Of a stretch of 64,000 bases of DNA, positions 21,921-31,345 are shown one piece after another. The position numbers and the translations under genes are program-made. The number at the start of each line of letters is the position of its first letter. The stretch's first letter is position 1. The DNA comes from a virus. The stretch covers positions 1 to 64,000 of the IMG/VR virus record IMGVR_UViG_3300009129_001478; one strand, given 5' to 3'. The notes below the pieces were generated by a model. The model did not search any database, was not told where the DNA came from, and saw nothing but the letters and a program-made list of their open reading frames with translations.

Positions 21921-22961
21921 ATGGCTGTTGACTTCAAAACCTTCGTTTCCTTGGCACCTGCCGTCAGTGCTGCTAAGCTTCCGGTTCTGCTCCGTGGTCG
22001 CCACGGCATTGGCAAGAGCCAGGTTGTTTACCAGATTGCTGCTGAGCTTGGTCTTCCAGTGGTTGAGCGCCGTGCCAGCCAGATGACTGAGGGAGATCTT
22101 GTCGGTCTTCCCAGCATTGAAGGAAACCGTACCACGTTCAATCCTCCCGATTGGTTCAAGCAATCCTGCGAAGAGGCAGTGGTTCTCTTCCTTGATGAAG
22201 TTGATCGTGCTACCCTTGAAGTTCGTCAAGGTATCTTTGAGTTGACTGACAGCCGTAAGCTGAACGGTCATAACCTTCACCCCAACACTCTGGTTTTCGC
22301 TGCCATCAACGGCGGTGAGCACGGTGCTAGCTATCAGGTCAATGAAATGGATCCTGCTGAGCTTGATCGCTGGAGTGTTTGGGATGTTGAGCCGACTACT
22401 GAAGACTGGTTGGCTTGGGGCAAGAACAATGTTGACGGTCTTGTTTGGGATTTCATCAATCAGAATCGCGCTCACCTTGAGCACAACGCTGACATTGAGC
22501 CCAACAAGCGTTATCCCAGCCGTCGTAGCTGGAAGCGTCTGAACGATGTGCTCGTCCAGGCTGAGCAACTGGAGGCTGGTCCTGCCATGTTCAACCTTGC
22601 TCAAAGCTTCGTCGGCTTTGAAGCTGCTGTTGCCCTGAATGACTTCGCCAAGAACTACGAGCGGGTTGTTACTGTTGATCAACTCCTCAATGGCGAGCGA
22701 GTTGAAGCCCTGGCTGCCTTCTCCTTGAATGAGCACTGCGCTTTGATTGAGAAGGTTGAAGCTGAAGAGACCTGCAAGACCGAACTGAACGATGATCAGA
22801 TCGGAAACCTTGCCAACTACTTCACGACTCTGCCCAGCGAAGCTGCCATGAAGTTGTGGGGCGTGATCAGCCAAGGCGGTGTCCAAGATAACGTTGTAAA
22901 ATTCCACGGTGCCAATGATGGCGCGGTCGGTGCTCACTTGAGCAAGATCCTGGGAGCCTAA
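21921..22961 (+). CDS. MoxR-like AAA+ ATPase
   Basis: GRHGIGKS Walker A, LFLDEVDR Walker B, DPAELDRW, PSRRSW. Confidence 0.9.
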   Translation: MAVDFKTFVSLAPAVSAAKLPVLLRGRHGIGKSQVVYQIAAELGLPVVERRASQMTEGDLVGLPSIEGNRTTFNPPDWFKQSCEEAVVLFLDEVDRATLEVRQGIFELTDSRKLNGHNLHPNTLVFAAINGGEHGASYQVNEMDPAELDRWSVWDVEPTTEDWLAWGKNNVDGLVWDFINQNRAHLEHNADIEPNKRYPSRRSWKRLNDVLVQAEQLEAGPAMFNLAQSFVGFEAAVALNDFAKNYERVVTVDQLLNGERVEALAAFSLNEHCALIEKVEAEETCKTELNDDQIGNLANYFTTLPSEAAMKLWGVISQGGVQDNVVKFHGANDGAVGAHLSKILGA

Positions 22962-23004
22962 TCTCTCTCTTACCTTACACCTAGGTTCCCAAAGGTCGGC
23001 AAGC

Positions 23005-23032
23005 GCTCAGCAAAAGCTGGGCATTTGTTTTT
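23005..23032 (+). terminator. Intrinsic terminator
   Basis: GCTCAGC-AAAA-GCTGGGC then T-rich tail. Confidence 0.55.
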
Positions 23033-23058
23033 AAGGGCACAAAAAAGTAATAAAAAAG

Positions 23059-23110
23059 TTGACAACAACCGTATCCATGCTATTATACTATTGTAAGGGA
23101 GAGATAACAC
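23059..23110 (+). promoter_or_regulatory. Sigma70-like early promoter
   Basis: TTGACA...TGCTATTAT, TGTAAGGGAGAG leader. Confidence 0.8.
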
Positions 23111-24313
23111 ATGAGCTTTGATCTGAAACTCCATGCTTATCGGCTGCTAATGGACGAGCCGTTCTTTGCTGCTCTCAGCCGGAAGATTGAGAAGCGTGCT
23201 GATACCGGCATTCCTACCGCTGGTGTGCGCGTTGATCCTGAGACTGCTCAGTTTGAAATGATTTACAACCCTGATTTCTTTGCCAGCTTGCCCGAAGAGC
23301 ATGTTCGCGGAGTTCTCAAGCATGAGTTCTATCACCTGATCTTTGACCACGTTACCAGCCGCAAGCCAGAGGGAGTTCCTCACAAGGCTTGGAACATTGC
23401 TGCTGACCTGGCGATCAACAGCCACCTCCAAGGTGAACTGCCTGAGATGGCATGCATGCCTGGTGTCGGTCCTTTCGCTGATCTACCTCTTCATCAGACT
23501 GCTGAGTGGTACCTTGCCAATATGCCTCAGAGCGATGAGAGCGAGGGTGGCGGTGAAGGCAGCGGTGACGGCGGTGAGGGCGGCGATGGCCAGCCTAACG
23601 CTGACAGCCCTGGCAGCTTTGACGACCACTCCGGTTGGTCTGAGAGCGGTGACAGCCCTGCGCAAGAGGCTGCCAACCAGATGGCTAAGGAGCGACTCAA
23701 GCAAGCCATGAAGGAAGCTGCCAACGAGGCTAGCCAATCCAGCAAGGGCTGGGGCTCCATGTCTGCGGGAGTAAAAGAAGAAATCCTAAAACGCTTAGAG
23801 ACTAAGGTAGACTGGAAGAAGGTACTGCGGTACTTCATCAAGACTAGCCAACGTGCTGCCAGAAGGTCCAGCGTCAAGCGCATCAACAAGCGTTACGCTT
23901 ACATCCATCCCGGCAAGAAGACCCAGCGGCAGGCAAAGATTGCCATCGCCATTGACCAGTCTGGCAGCGTCAGCGATCAGATGCTGGAAGCCTTCTTCGG
24001 CGAGTTGAATAGCCTGGCTAAGCTGGCAGAGTTCACAGTCGTTCCCTTTGATACTGAGGTAGCTGAGGATAAGGTCTACGTTTGGAAGAAGGGTCAGAAC
24101 AAGAAGGCTGAGCGCGTGATGTACGGCGGCACTTGCTTTGACGCTCCCACCGAATACGTCAACAAGAATAGCTTTGATGGCGTCATTATTCTGACGGACA
24201 TGGAAGCTCCCAAGCCCAAGGCTTGCAAGGCTCAGCGCATGTGGCTTACCGATGCCCGCGGTGCCAGCCGTCCCTACTTCAAGACCAACGAGCGGGTCAT
24301 TGCAATAGACTAA
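23111..24313 (+). CDS. Metallopeptidase plus VWA domain protein (DUF2201-like), MoxR partner
   Basis: HEFYH, NIAADLAIN, IDQSGS MIDAS, GGT, ILTD. Confidence 0.88.
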   Translation: MSFDLKLHAYRLLMDEPFFAALSRKIEKRADTGIPTAGVRVDPETAQFEMIYNPDFFASLPEEHVRGVLKHEFYHLIFDHVTSRKPEGVPHKAWNIAADLAINSHLQGELPEMACMPGVGPFADLPLHQTAEWYLANMPQSDESEGGGEGSGDGGEGGDGQPNADSPGSFDDHSGWSESGDSPAQEAANQMAKERLKQAMKEAANEASQSSKGWGSMSAGVKEEILKRLETKVDWKKVLRYFIKTSQRAARRSSVKRINKRYAYIHPGKKTQRQAKIAIAIDQSGSVSDQMLEAFFGELNSLAKLAEFTVVPFDTEVAEDKVYVWKKGQNKKAERVMYGGTCFDAPTEYVNKNSFDGVIILTDMEAPKPKACKAQRMWLTDARGASRPYFKTNERVIAID

Positions 24314-24378
24314 ACTACCGAACAAATGCGGATGTTTCGCGACGTTCTGCTAAACTTTGCGGGAACAAATAAAAAGAA

Positions 24379-24549
24379 ATGAATAACTTAACAGAGAAGA
24401 TCATAGCATATGAAAGCGGAGAACTAGATGCTAACGAAACTACCCAGCTATTCCAAGAGCTAGTTGATAGCGGACTTGCCTGGAACCTGCAAGGTCATTA
24501 CGGCAGAACAGCTTATGCCCTAATTGAAGCTGGTCTTGTCAGCGCCTGA
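24379..24549 (+). CDS. Small conserved phage protein
   Basis: 56 aa: FQELVDSGLAWNLQGHYGRTA..LIEAG; below the track cutoff. Confidence 0.65.
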   Translation: MNNLTEKIIAYESGELDANETTQLFQELVDSGLAWNLQGHYGRTAYALIEAGLVSA

Positions 24550-24678
24550 CAGCCCTGCCTGCCATGCCTGCCCCTGATAGCCCCTAATCATGTCCCTAGG
24601 GGATAATACCCCCCGGCGGGGGGCCTAGTACAGAAACAACGCGTAGATAATTTTTCCAGATTATGACTTATATACAGT

Positions 24679-24975
24679 ATGACTTACAAGCCCTTACCAG
24701 CTACTGTTTGCCTAAAGGAATCAAATATACATGGCATGGGTCTTTATGCGAGAGAAGATATAAAAGAAGGACACGAGTTTGGAATAACCCACGTTTCGGA
24801 CCCAAATTTTGAAAATGGATATATAAGAACCCCTTTGGGCGGATTCTTCAATCATTCAGAAAACCCTAACTGTGAAGCTTATATTGACGGAAGATACATA
24901 AAACTAAAGTCTCTTAAAGATATAAAGAAAGACGAAGAACTGACAGCCTTCTATTGGCTTTACGAAATGAAATAG
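24679..24975 (+). CDS. SET-domain protein
   Basis: IHGMGLYA, FFNHSENPN, ELTAFY. Confidence 0.85.
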   Translation: MTYKPLPATVCLKESNIHGMGLYAREDIKEGHEFGITHVSDPNFENGYIRTPLGGFFNHSENPNCEAYIDGRYIKLKSLKDIKKDEELTAFYWLYEMK

Positions 24976-24976
24976 T

Positions 24977-25186
24977 ATGATCACAGTTGGCGACATTGTA
25001 TATAAGAGAAGGAAGGGTGGAACAATAATGTCAGCCCGTCCTGTTACTGATAGAGTCGGACTAGTTATTAAGGAAGTGAGAGAAAAGTTTGCAATACCTC
25101 AATTCTTTGTACAGTTTGACAATGAGGATCCTAAGTGGTATTATCAACATGACCTACACCGAATTATCGGAAACGAAAGGAAATAA
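24977..25186 (+). CDS. SH3-like small protein
   Basis: ITVGDIVY...VGLVI...VQF...WY..DL. Confidence 0.55.
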   Translation: MITVGDIVYKRRKGGTIMSARPVTDRVGLVIKEVREKFAIPQFFVQFDNEDPKWYYQHDLHRIIGNERK

Positions 25187-25435
25187 AATGATTTCAATCC
25201 TTAGCAACGTAGAGAAGGTAGATGAAGAAAACAAATACCTTTTTGAAGCAGCCAAGATCTTAGAATCTATTGGCAATGATCCCGGTGTCACTGCACAGGA
25301 ATTCATTATTGCCATGGCAGGATCAGACGTCAATCCAGAAGACTTTCCCAGGCTATCATTGTCGGCAGTCTCTATTGAGACGATGATGACGATTAACCCT
25401 TTTGATGTCCTTGAAGAGCCAACAATTCACTAAAA

Positions 25436-25666
25436 ATGGACCTAAGATCTCGTTATGAAGTCGGCGATCTTGTAAAGATAAGAGATGACTGCTCTATTCA
25501 ATACTTCGCCGGCAGGCTAGCAATTATAACGAGACAGATGGGAATGGATAGTATGGATGTTGTCGGCGGCTTTTATTATGAATTATGCTTAGCCGGCACA
25601 AGCAAGCATCATATTTTCAACCATTCGGAATTAGAATTGCTTTCAAAGGGAAAAAGAAATGCATGA
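25436..25666 (+). CDS. SH3-like small protein
   Basis: YEVGDLVKI...ELELLS. Confidence 0.55.
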   Translation: MDLRSRYEVGDLVKIRDDCSIQYFAGRLAIITRQMGMDSMDVVGGFYYELCLAGTSKHHIFNHSELELLSKGKRNA

Positions 25667-25791
25667 TAGCCCTAAGCAGCCCAAGCACCCCACCCCGCGC
25701 GCGAACAAAAGGAACTCTTCAGCACCACCTCGGGAATCCTTTTCAGAAGTAAACAGAAAGCTCTGCATATTGTATAATATACTAGAGAAGC

Positions 25792-25983
25792 TTGAGAACC
25801 GTGATAACATTTGAAGTGGGTGATTTTATCGTGGAGCATAATGGAACTCATTCAGAAGAATTTGGTGTAGTGATAGGCATTCATGAGGGTGAAGTGATTT
25901 CTGTGCGATTTCCCCACGGCACCTTCTATAGTTTTGCTAGCCATTGCCAGCCTTATCAGGAATGGCTAGATGAAAACTTTTGA
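25792..25983 (+). CDS. SH3-like small protein
   Basis: FEVGDFIV...GVVI...VRF. Confidence 0.5.
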   Translation: MRTVITFEVGDFIVEHNGTHSEEFGVVIGIHEGEVISVRFPHGTFYSFASHCQPYQEWLDENF

Positions 25984-26176
25984 ACTTGGCGACCTTGTAA
26001 AATTCAAAAAGGGGTCTTCACCTTTCCGAGAACTTGAGGGTTCTGCTAGTCTTGTCGTGGTTTCGCGGCTCTTGCCTGCTGATAAGAGATTCTTTTATGG
26101 TCGTGTCTGCTCTACCGGAGATGAACACCTTTGGAGTTGTGACCAGTTTTATTTGCTTTCAAAAGCTGGCATGTGA
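25970..26176 (+). CDS. SH3-like small protein
   Basis: FELGDLVKF. Confidence 0.5.
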   Translation: MKTFELGDLVKFKKGSSPFRELEGSASLVVVSRLLPADKRFFYGRVCSTGDEHLWSCDQFYLLSKAGM

Positions 26177-26448
26177 AAAAAATTTCTACAAAAAAAATTG
26201 CGGATTTTATGAAAACACCTACACTAGACTTGCATGGCATCAAACATCATGAGGTCTCAAATGTTGTTGCTCGTTTTATTGAAGATTGGCTGGGCAAAGA
26301 CTTGTTCATTGATATTATTACGGGGAATAGCGATCAAATGCTTTTTGAAACGGTTAAAGTGATTCAACAATACGGTTTAGAGTATATGACAGGGTTGCCT
26401 GCTCATCAAGGAAGGGTTAGGGTGGTAATGTATGACGAATTTCATTGA
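26173..26448 (+). CDS. Stand-alone Smr domain protein
   Basis: TLDLHG...IITGNS...G.V.V. Confidence 0.8.
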   Translation: MKKISTKKIADFMKTPTLDLHGIKHHEVSNVVARFIEDWLGKDLFIDIITGNSDQMLFETVKVIQQYGLEYMTGLPAHQGRVRVVMYDEFH

Positions 26449-26722
26449 AGTTTTATATTTTCTTCTCGGCTGGTTTGTCCTGGGGTCCGGACTAGTTTTT
26501 ATACTTGCTGCGGCTTTCTTCGGATATCCGGAGGAAATCAACAAGGAAGAATATGATGAATTGTCTAAGCGAGAATGAGGTAGAATATATTATAGGATAT
26601 ACCGGGATGGATATGCTTGTTCATCTTCCTATGTCTTCAACTCCTGTTGTTTATTTTTCACGAACAGGAAATAAACTCAACTTTGTAACAATTGTTTCTG
26701 ATTTTTTGAAAGGAGAAAACAA

Positions 26723-27070
26723 ATGATCTATAAGTCACTGTTTTTGCTTATATTTGCAAATATATTCAATCAAGCATACCAACTTGAATATATTACATGT
26801 CCAAAATATGTTCCGGGTACTAATCAACTTTTGCCGGAAGGGGTCGACCTTTCACCGGAATTGGAGTTGATGAATCGGGTTCGGTGCTATTGTGAAGTAG
26901 TAAAAGCTAAAGAGCGGGAGTGTCTTGCTCGTCATGTGCCGGCAAATGTGTGCAAATCGCGAACCAATGCTTGGGTTGAGGATAATCTGAAACTAAAAGA
27001 GGAGGCTTCTCCTTATAATAACTTTGCACCTCTTCCTAAACGAGATAGGATGATTAATGTTGAGCCGTAG
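26723..27070 (+). CDS. Secreted Cys-containing protein
   Basis: Signal-like N-terminus; AAGGAG SD. Confidence 0.5.
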   Translation: MIYKSLFLLIFANIFNQAYQLEYITCPKYVPGTNQLLPEGVDLSPELELMNRVRCYCEVVKAKERECLARHVPANVCKSRTNAWVEDNLKLKEEASPYNNFAPLPKRDRMINVEP

Positions 27071-27461
27071 AGGCATGACGCTTCTTATAGTATTGGTGAT
27101 GAGTGCATTTATCGGTATAAGTGCAATGTTATTATTTTCTACCGTTAATATGGAAATGATGATTGCCGGCAATACACGGCGTATAAATCAAGCAAAAATT
27201 TCCGCGACGAGTGGCTTGAACCACTTTATTGCTCTTGGTTTAACTTACGACACGCTTAGAGAGCAGGCTGGCGACCTGCAAACTTTACAGATCTTGCCCG
27301 AGACCCAACTTGGGGCTAAGACTTCCTACGAGGTAAAAGTTCATTTTTATCCCCGTCTAAATGAGAGGCGATATGTGGTGGAAAGTATAGGCTACTACAA
27401 GAAAGCAGACAAGGTTATTTCACTGCACCCGATTAAAGCCCTTTTCGAAGGCGAAGAATAA
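27057..27461 (+). CDS. PilX-like minor pilin with class III signal peptide
   Basis: RRG|MTLLIVLV hydrophobic helix, MIAGN.R, A.SGL, Y.VESIG. Confidence 0.65.
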   Translation: MLSRRGMTLLIVLVMSAFIGISAMLLFSTVNMEMMIAGNTRRINQAKISATSGLNHFIALGLTYDTLREQAGDLQTLQILPETQLGAKTSYEVKVHFYPRLNERRYVVESIGYYKKADKVISLHPIKALFEGEE

Positions 27462-27606
27462 AAAGAAAACTAGTTATAATACGCAGGAGCATAGATAATG
27501 ATCACAAAAGATGCACTTTGGAAACAAATTTGTCTAGGATTGAAAGATCATGCACGATCAGAAAAACTAACTGCGACCGTAATGAAACGTATTAGGAGAC
27601 TCAAAA

Positions 27607-27906
27607 ATGAAGATCAAAAGATCACAACTAGCAAAGCTGATCAGTGAAGTAATTCTCAAGTCTAGGCTTATAAAAGAAGAGCTTACGGATGAAGAAGCTC
27701 GCATCAGCGCCGCGCTTGAGGCTGATGCCGATTGGTTCAACACTTTAGACCGTGACTCGCGAGAAACAGAAGGAAAAATATATTCCGATGCCGATGCTCG
27801 CCTTGAAGAACTGGAGCACTTGATAAAGGATCTGATTTTTTTGAAAAAAACCAAAGAGCTAAAAGCGGTGCTTAAAAACTACCTTGGACAAATAGGAGGA
27901 TTTTAA
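27607..27906 (+). CDS. Leader-motif protein
   Basis: MKIKRSQLAKLISE...LIKEE. Confidence 0.6.
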   Translation: MKIKRSQLAKLISEVILKSRLIKEELTDEEARISAALEADADWFNTLDRDSRETEGKIYSDADARLEELEHLIKDLIFLKKTKELKAVLKNYLGQIGGF

Positions 27907-28320
27907 ATGAAGATCGCCAAGTCTCAACTACGACAAATTATTAAAGAAGCCATCAATGTGAAGCTCCAAGGGGCAGACATGGCTCATGATTACAAGAAGT
28001 GGGCAGTTCATGACCACGGTGCTGATGATTGGCGTGACGAGGCTGCCCTGGATGCATATGCGGCGCACATGAATCTAAGTCCCTGCTCTCTTCACGACTT
28101 GAAGGCTACTCTTGGAATGCTAGGTGAGGCTAAGATTGTTGAAGAAGGAAAGTGTCCAGAGGATGGCTGCGTTCAAAAGAGAGAAAAAGGATGGGTAGTC
28201 ATTTCTAATAAAACTGGCGAGTGTTGGGGACGAAGCAAGAAGAAGGGTGGCGAATGCACCTACTACGATTCCCGAGCAGATGCCGAAGGGGCTCTTGATG
28301 CCTACCATGCCGGAAGATAA
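27907..28320 (+). CDS. Leader-motif protein
   Basis: MKIAKSQLRQIIKE. Confidence 0.6.
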   Translation: MKIAKSQLRQIIKEAINVKLQGADMAHDYKKWAVHDHGADDWRDEAALDAYAAHMNLSPCSLHDLKATLGMLGEAKIVEEGKCPEDGCVQKREKGWVVISNKTGECWGRSKKKGGECTYYDSRADAEGALDAYHAGR

Positions 28321-28322
28321 TA

Positions 28323-28556
28323 ATGAAAGTTACCAAATCGCAGCTACGAAAAGCTATCAAAGAGACCTTAAATAAGATTATCAACGAGTCCGAAAAGGGT
28401 GACCCATACGCTTATCTTAAGAAATCCCCACAAAAGAAATATCGTCAGTCATTCATAGACATGATCAAAAAACTGGCAAAAGGTCCAATAAAAAATACGG
28501 AACCCTATACAGAGAAACCAACTGTTGGTAAATCTGGACCTGCGGGATCGCCCTAA
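28323..28556 (+). CDS. Leader-motif protein
   Basis: MKVTKSQLRKAIKE...IINE. Confidence 0.6.
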   Translation: MKVTKSQLRKAIKETLNKIINESEKGDPYAYLKKSPQKKYRQSFIDMIKKLAKGPIKNTEPYTEKPTVGKSGPAGSP

Positions 28557-28595
28557 ATAAATCGGAAACTATATAATAGAAGGAGATTCCAAACA

Positions 28596-28994
28596 GTGAA
28601 GATTACAAAATCAAAATTAACCAAGTTGATCAAAGAAGAGGTGGCTAAAATTCTTAGAGAAAATAGCTCGGAAAGTTTGGCCGCTGCTGTTTTGAACAAT
28701 AGCGGTGTAGCCCCTGAAAAAGTAGCCGGCATCAACACCAAGGCTGTCTTTATTGACCTGTTTGATAGATTAGAAGACCTTTCTGATGGAACCCTCAAGC
28801 AAGGCATCGTATTATCAAAAATGGAAAGAGTTGCGGAAGCAGAATCAAACCCTGAGATTAGGAAATGGTTTATAGATGCTGTGAGCGATGCTTTAGGACA
28901 GGTTATAAGATCCGGATACAATATAGGTCCCAGCCCTAGCGGTATGGATATCCACAGTGCGTGGGATATAATCGTTGATCAAAATAGGTGGTAA
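28596..28994 (+). CDS. Leader-motif protein
   Basis: MKITKSKLTKLIKEE...ILRE. Confidence 0.6.
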   Translation: MKITKSKLTKLIKEEVAKILRENSSESLAAAVLNNSGVAPEKVAGINTKAVFIDLFDRLEDLSDGTLKQGIVLSKMERVAEAESNPEIRKWFIDAVSDALGQVIRSGYNIGPSPSGMDIHSAWDIIVDQNRW

Positions 28995-28998
28995 CACC

Positions 28999-29781
28999 AT
29001 GCACAGCATAGTAAGAAATTGGATAAAATATATTAACGAGGGTATTACTGTCCATGTTGATGTTGATGTTCCTTTTTCTTTTGAGCCTCACACAAAATTG
29101 AACAAAGACTTCTGGAATCAGCCGGGAGATAAATTAGATCCTGAGATTCGGCAGAAGCTTTTAGAGATTGCCACAGACTTCATTGAGAGCGGTCAAGGCG
29201 CGGATGCTCCTTTGCAAGATATTACATTTACAGGGTCACTTGCGAACTTCAATTACTCACGCTTCTCAGATGTGGACCTTCATGTGCTTTTTGATTTTTC
29301 CGACATAAATGAGGACGAACAATTGGTCCGTGATTATTTCATGGCTACTAAATCTGTTTGGAACAATGCCCACGACATTACAATGTTGGGCTACGAAGTT
29401 GAGATCTATGGACAGGATTCCAGAGAGCCTCACGTTGCCTCCGGGCTTTATTCCATTTTGAATGATGAGTGGATTGTGAAACCTGATCGCGAGGACCCTC
29501 AGATTGACAATCGTGATATCCAACTAAAAGCAGCAGCGATTGAGGATCAGATTGATCGTGTGGTTGCTCTTTATGAAGAAGGCAAGTATAAAGAGGCTAT
29601 TTCCGCGGCTGACAGAGTGAAGGCAAAAATTAAAAGATTTCGTCAAACTGGTCTAGAGACAGTAGGCGAATATTCCGTAGAGAATTTAGCTTTCAAAACA
29701 CTTAGAAGAAACGGATATCTTGGCATCCTATCCGATACAAAAACCAACGCGTATGACAAAATGATGTCCGTAGAGGACTAG
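28999..29781 (+). CDS. Pol-beta superfamily nucleotidyltransferase
   Basis: FTGS...SDVDLHV...VEIY; GEYSVENLAFKTLRR. Confidence 0.75.
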   Translation: MHSIVRNWIKYINEGITVHVDVDVPFSFEPHTKLNKDFWNQPGDKLDPEIRQKLLEIATDFIESGQGADAPLQDITFTGSLANFNYSRFSDVDLHVLFDFSDINEDEQLVRDYFMATKSVWNNAHDITMLGYEVEIYGQDSREPHVASGLYSILNDEWIVKPDREDPQIDNRDIQLKAAAIEDQIDRVVALYEEGKYKEAISAADRVKAKIKRFRQTGLETVGEYSVENLAFKTLRRNGYLGILSDTKTNAYDKMMSVED

Positions 29782-29783
29782 TT

Positions 29784-30908
29784 GTGAAAAATCATTTTGA
29801 CTCATGGCGGAAGTTCGTTATCAAAGAGGGGTTATCTGATGTCTTGTGGCATCACACCCAACTTTATAGATTGGCTGATGCCCTAAAAGACAATCGTTTT
29901 CTTACGTCTGGAGCTTTTACCAAGCCTGATACCGAAGGAGAACACGGCAAAGGCAAGATGTATTATATATCCACAACAAGGACACCATCTATTTCTTATG
30001 GGGCTTTCAGTAGTCGCCATCCTTATGGTGCTGTTCTCCAGCTTGATGGTAGAAAATTAGGACAACGTTTCAAGGGTATGCCAATAGATTACTGGTCTTC
30101 AAAAGACTATGGATCCTCTAAAAAATCAGCTAAAATAGGGAAGACTTTTTATTCTCCGACTGATGACGATGTATATGAAGCAGAAGATCGCATCGTAACT
30201 GATAAACCTTTTATTGAGGACGCTGACAAATATATAACTGCTGTTCATATCGCCCTGCCTCTTTACGATACCCGCACTACAGACTGGAAAACTGGGGAAT
30301 TTGAACTCGTCAATAAGTCTCAGCTTAGGTTTGCTGATTATCACTATGGCAGAAAAGTGGTTGAAATGTTAGAAGACAAGGGTATACCCTTTTATATTCA
30401 TGTCAATCCCAAAACTTGGATGACACTTGGTGTCTCTAAAGATAAGGCACTAACAAGCTGGAAACAATTTGAACAGGCTCTCAACGAATCAGAAACAGAA
30501 CTTGAAAAAATCCCCAAAGACGGCTTTAAAGAAATAGCTGATGGTCCCGGTTATGGTACAGATGAATTGCGAATGTTTGCGTTGGCAGCAGAAGCAATCC
30601 TCAAAGGCGAAGAAAAAATGCCAGAGGAGTTGATCACTGGTGACAGCGAAGACGGCCATACAAGCGAACGAAACAGAAGAAGAAAAGCTAAACAATTCTT
30701 TCATCAACTTGCGAAGCATCCTACAGCCGCAGTAGAAGGTATAAAGAACGCTTTACATAACAGTAGTTCTAAACCTGCATCCCGAGATGCTTTGGAAAAC
30801 CTAGCTTCATTAATGAGGAGTGTCGGCAAAAAAGATATTTACAGTTTTGCTGACTATTTAATGAAGGTTTATAAAGAGAACCACCCTGAAGGGGAAACGT
30901 ATTACTAA
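29784..30908 (+). CDS. Putative ADP-ribosyltransferase-fold protein
   Basis: LWHHT, YISTTR, LQLDGRKL, YEAEDR spacing resembles the ART core; inference. Confidence 0.45.
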   Translation: MKNHFDSWRKFVIKEGLSDVLWHHTQLYRLADALKDNRFLTSGAFTKPDTEGEHGKGKMYYISTTRTPSISYGAFSSRHPYGAVLQLDGRKLGQRFKGMPIDYWSSKDYGSSKKSAKIGKTFYSPTDDDVYEAEDRIVTDKPFIEDADKYITAVHIALPLYDTRTTDWKTGEFELVNKSQLRFADYHYGRKVVEMLEDKGIPFYIHVNPKTWMTLGVSKDKALTSWKQFEQALNESETELEKIPKDGFKEIADGPGYGTDELRMFALAAEAILKGEEKMPEELITGDSEDGHTSERNRRRKAKQFFHQLAKHPTAAVEGIKNALHNSSSKPASRDALENLASLMRSVGKKDIYSFADYLMKVYKENHPEGETYY

Positions 30909-31297
30909 TGAAACTTACAAAAAACACGATTAGGGAACTCATCAAAGAAGAGTTATCCATAATCAAAGAAGCAGAGATTACGATACCCGATGAACAAGGA
31001 TTAGAAAAAGAGTATTCCAACATCCGCAAAGCGTTCCAGGCTGTCAGTAAACGAAATTCAAAACTTGACGGTGAATTATTAGGAAAACAATTACAAGCCG
31101 CTATTATTGAATATAAACAAGAAATAAGAGATATTAGGGAAGTTGTTTCACAGTTAGATAATTGGAGAAGACTTTTAAAAAATACTCAAGATCTATTCTT
31201 TTATGTAACCAGGGGTGGTATGGGACAAGACTCAAGCCTCAAAGAGCCAAAATTCAGAGAAATGTCTGATGAGCCTCTAGATCCCTATGGAGAATAA
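30908..31297 (+). CDS. Leader-motif coiled-coil protein
   Basis: MKLTKNTIRELIKEELSIIKE. Confidence 0.6.
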   Translation: MKLTKNTIRELIKEELSIIKEAEITIPDEQGLEKEYSNIRKAFQAVSKRNSKLDGELLGKQLQAAIIEYKQEIRDIREVVSQLDNWRRLLKNTQDLFFYVTRGGMGQDSSLKEPKFREMSDEPLDPYGE

Positions 31298-31345
31298 ATC
31301 CAACAATCTCGCAAGACGGTTTTTTATTATAAGGAAACAAATAAA

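Noticed and set aside
21801-22937. 378-aa antisense ORF (also 16549-17586, 23795-24325, 19901-20401)
   Set aside because: Shadow frames opposite codon-biased genes that have clear motifs; no SD or recognisable motifs of their own.
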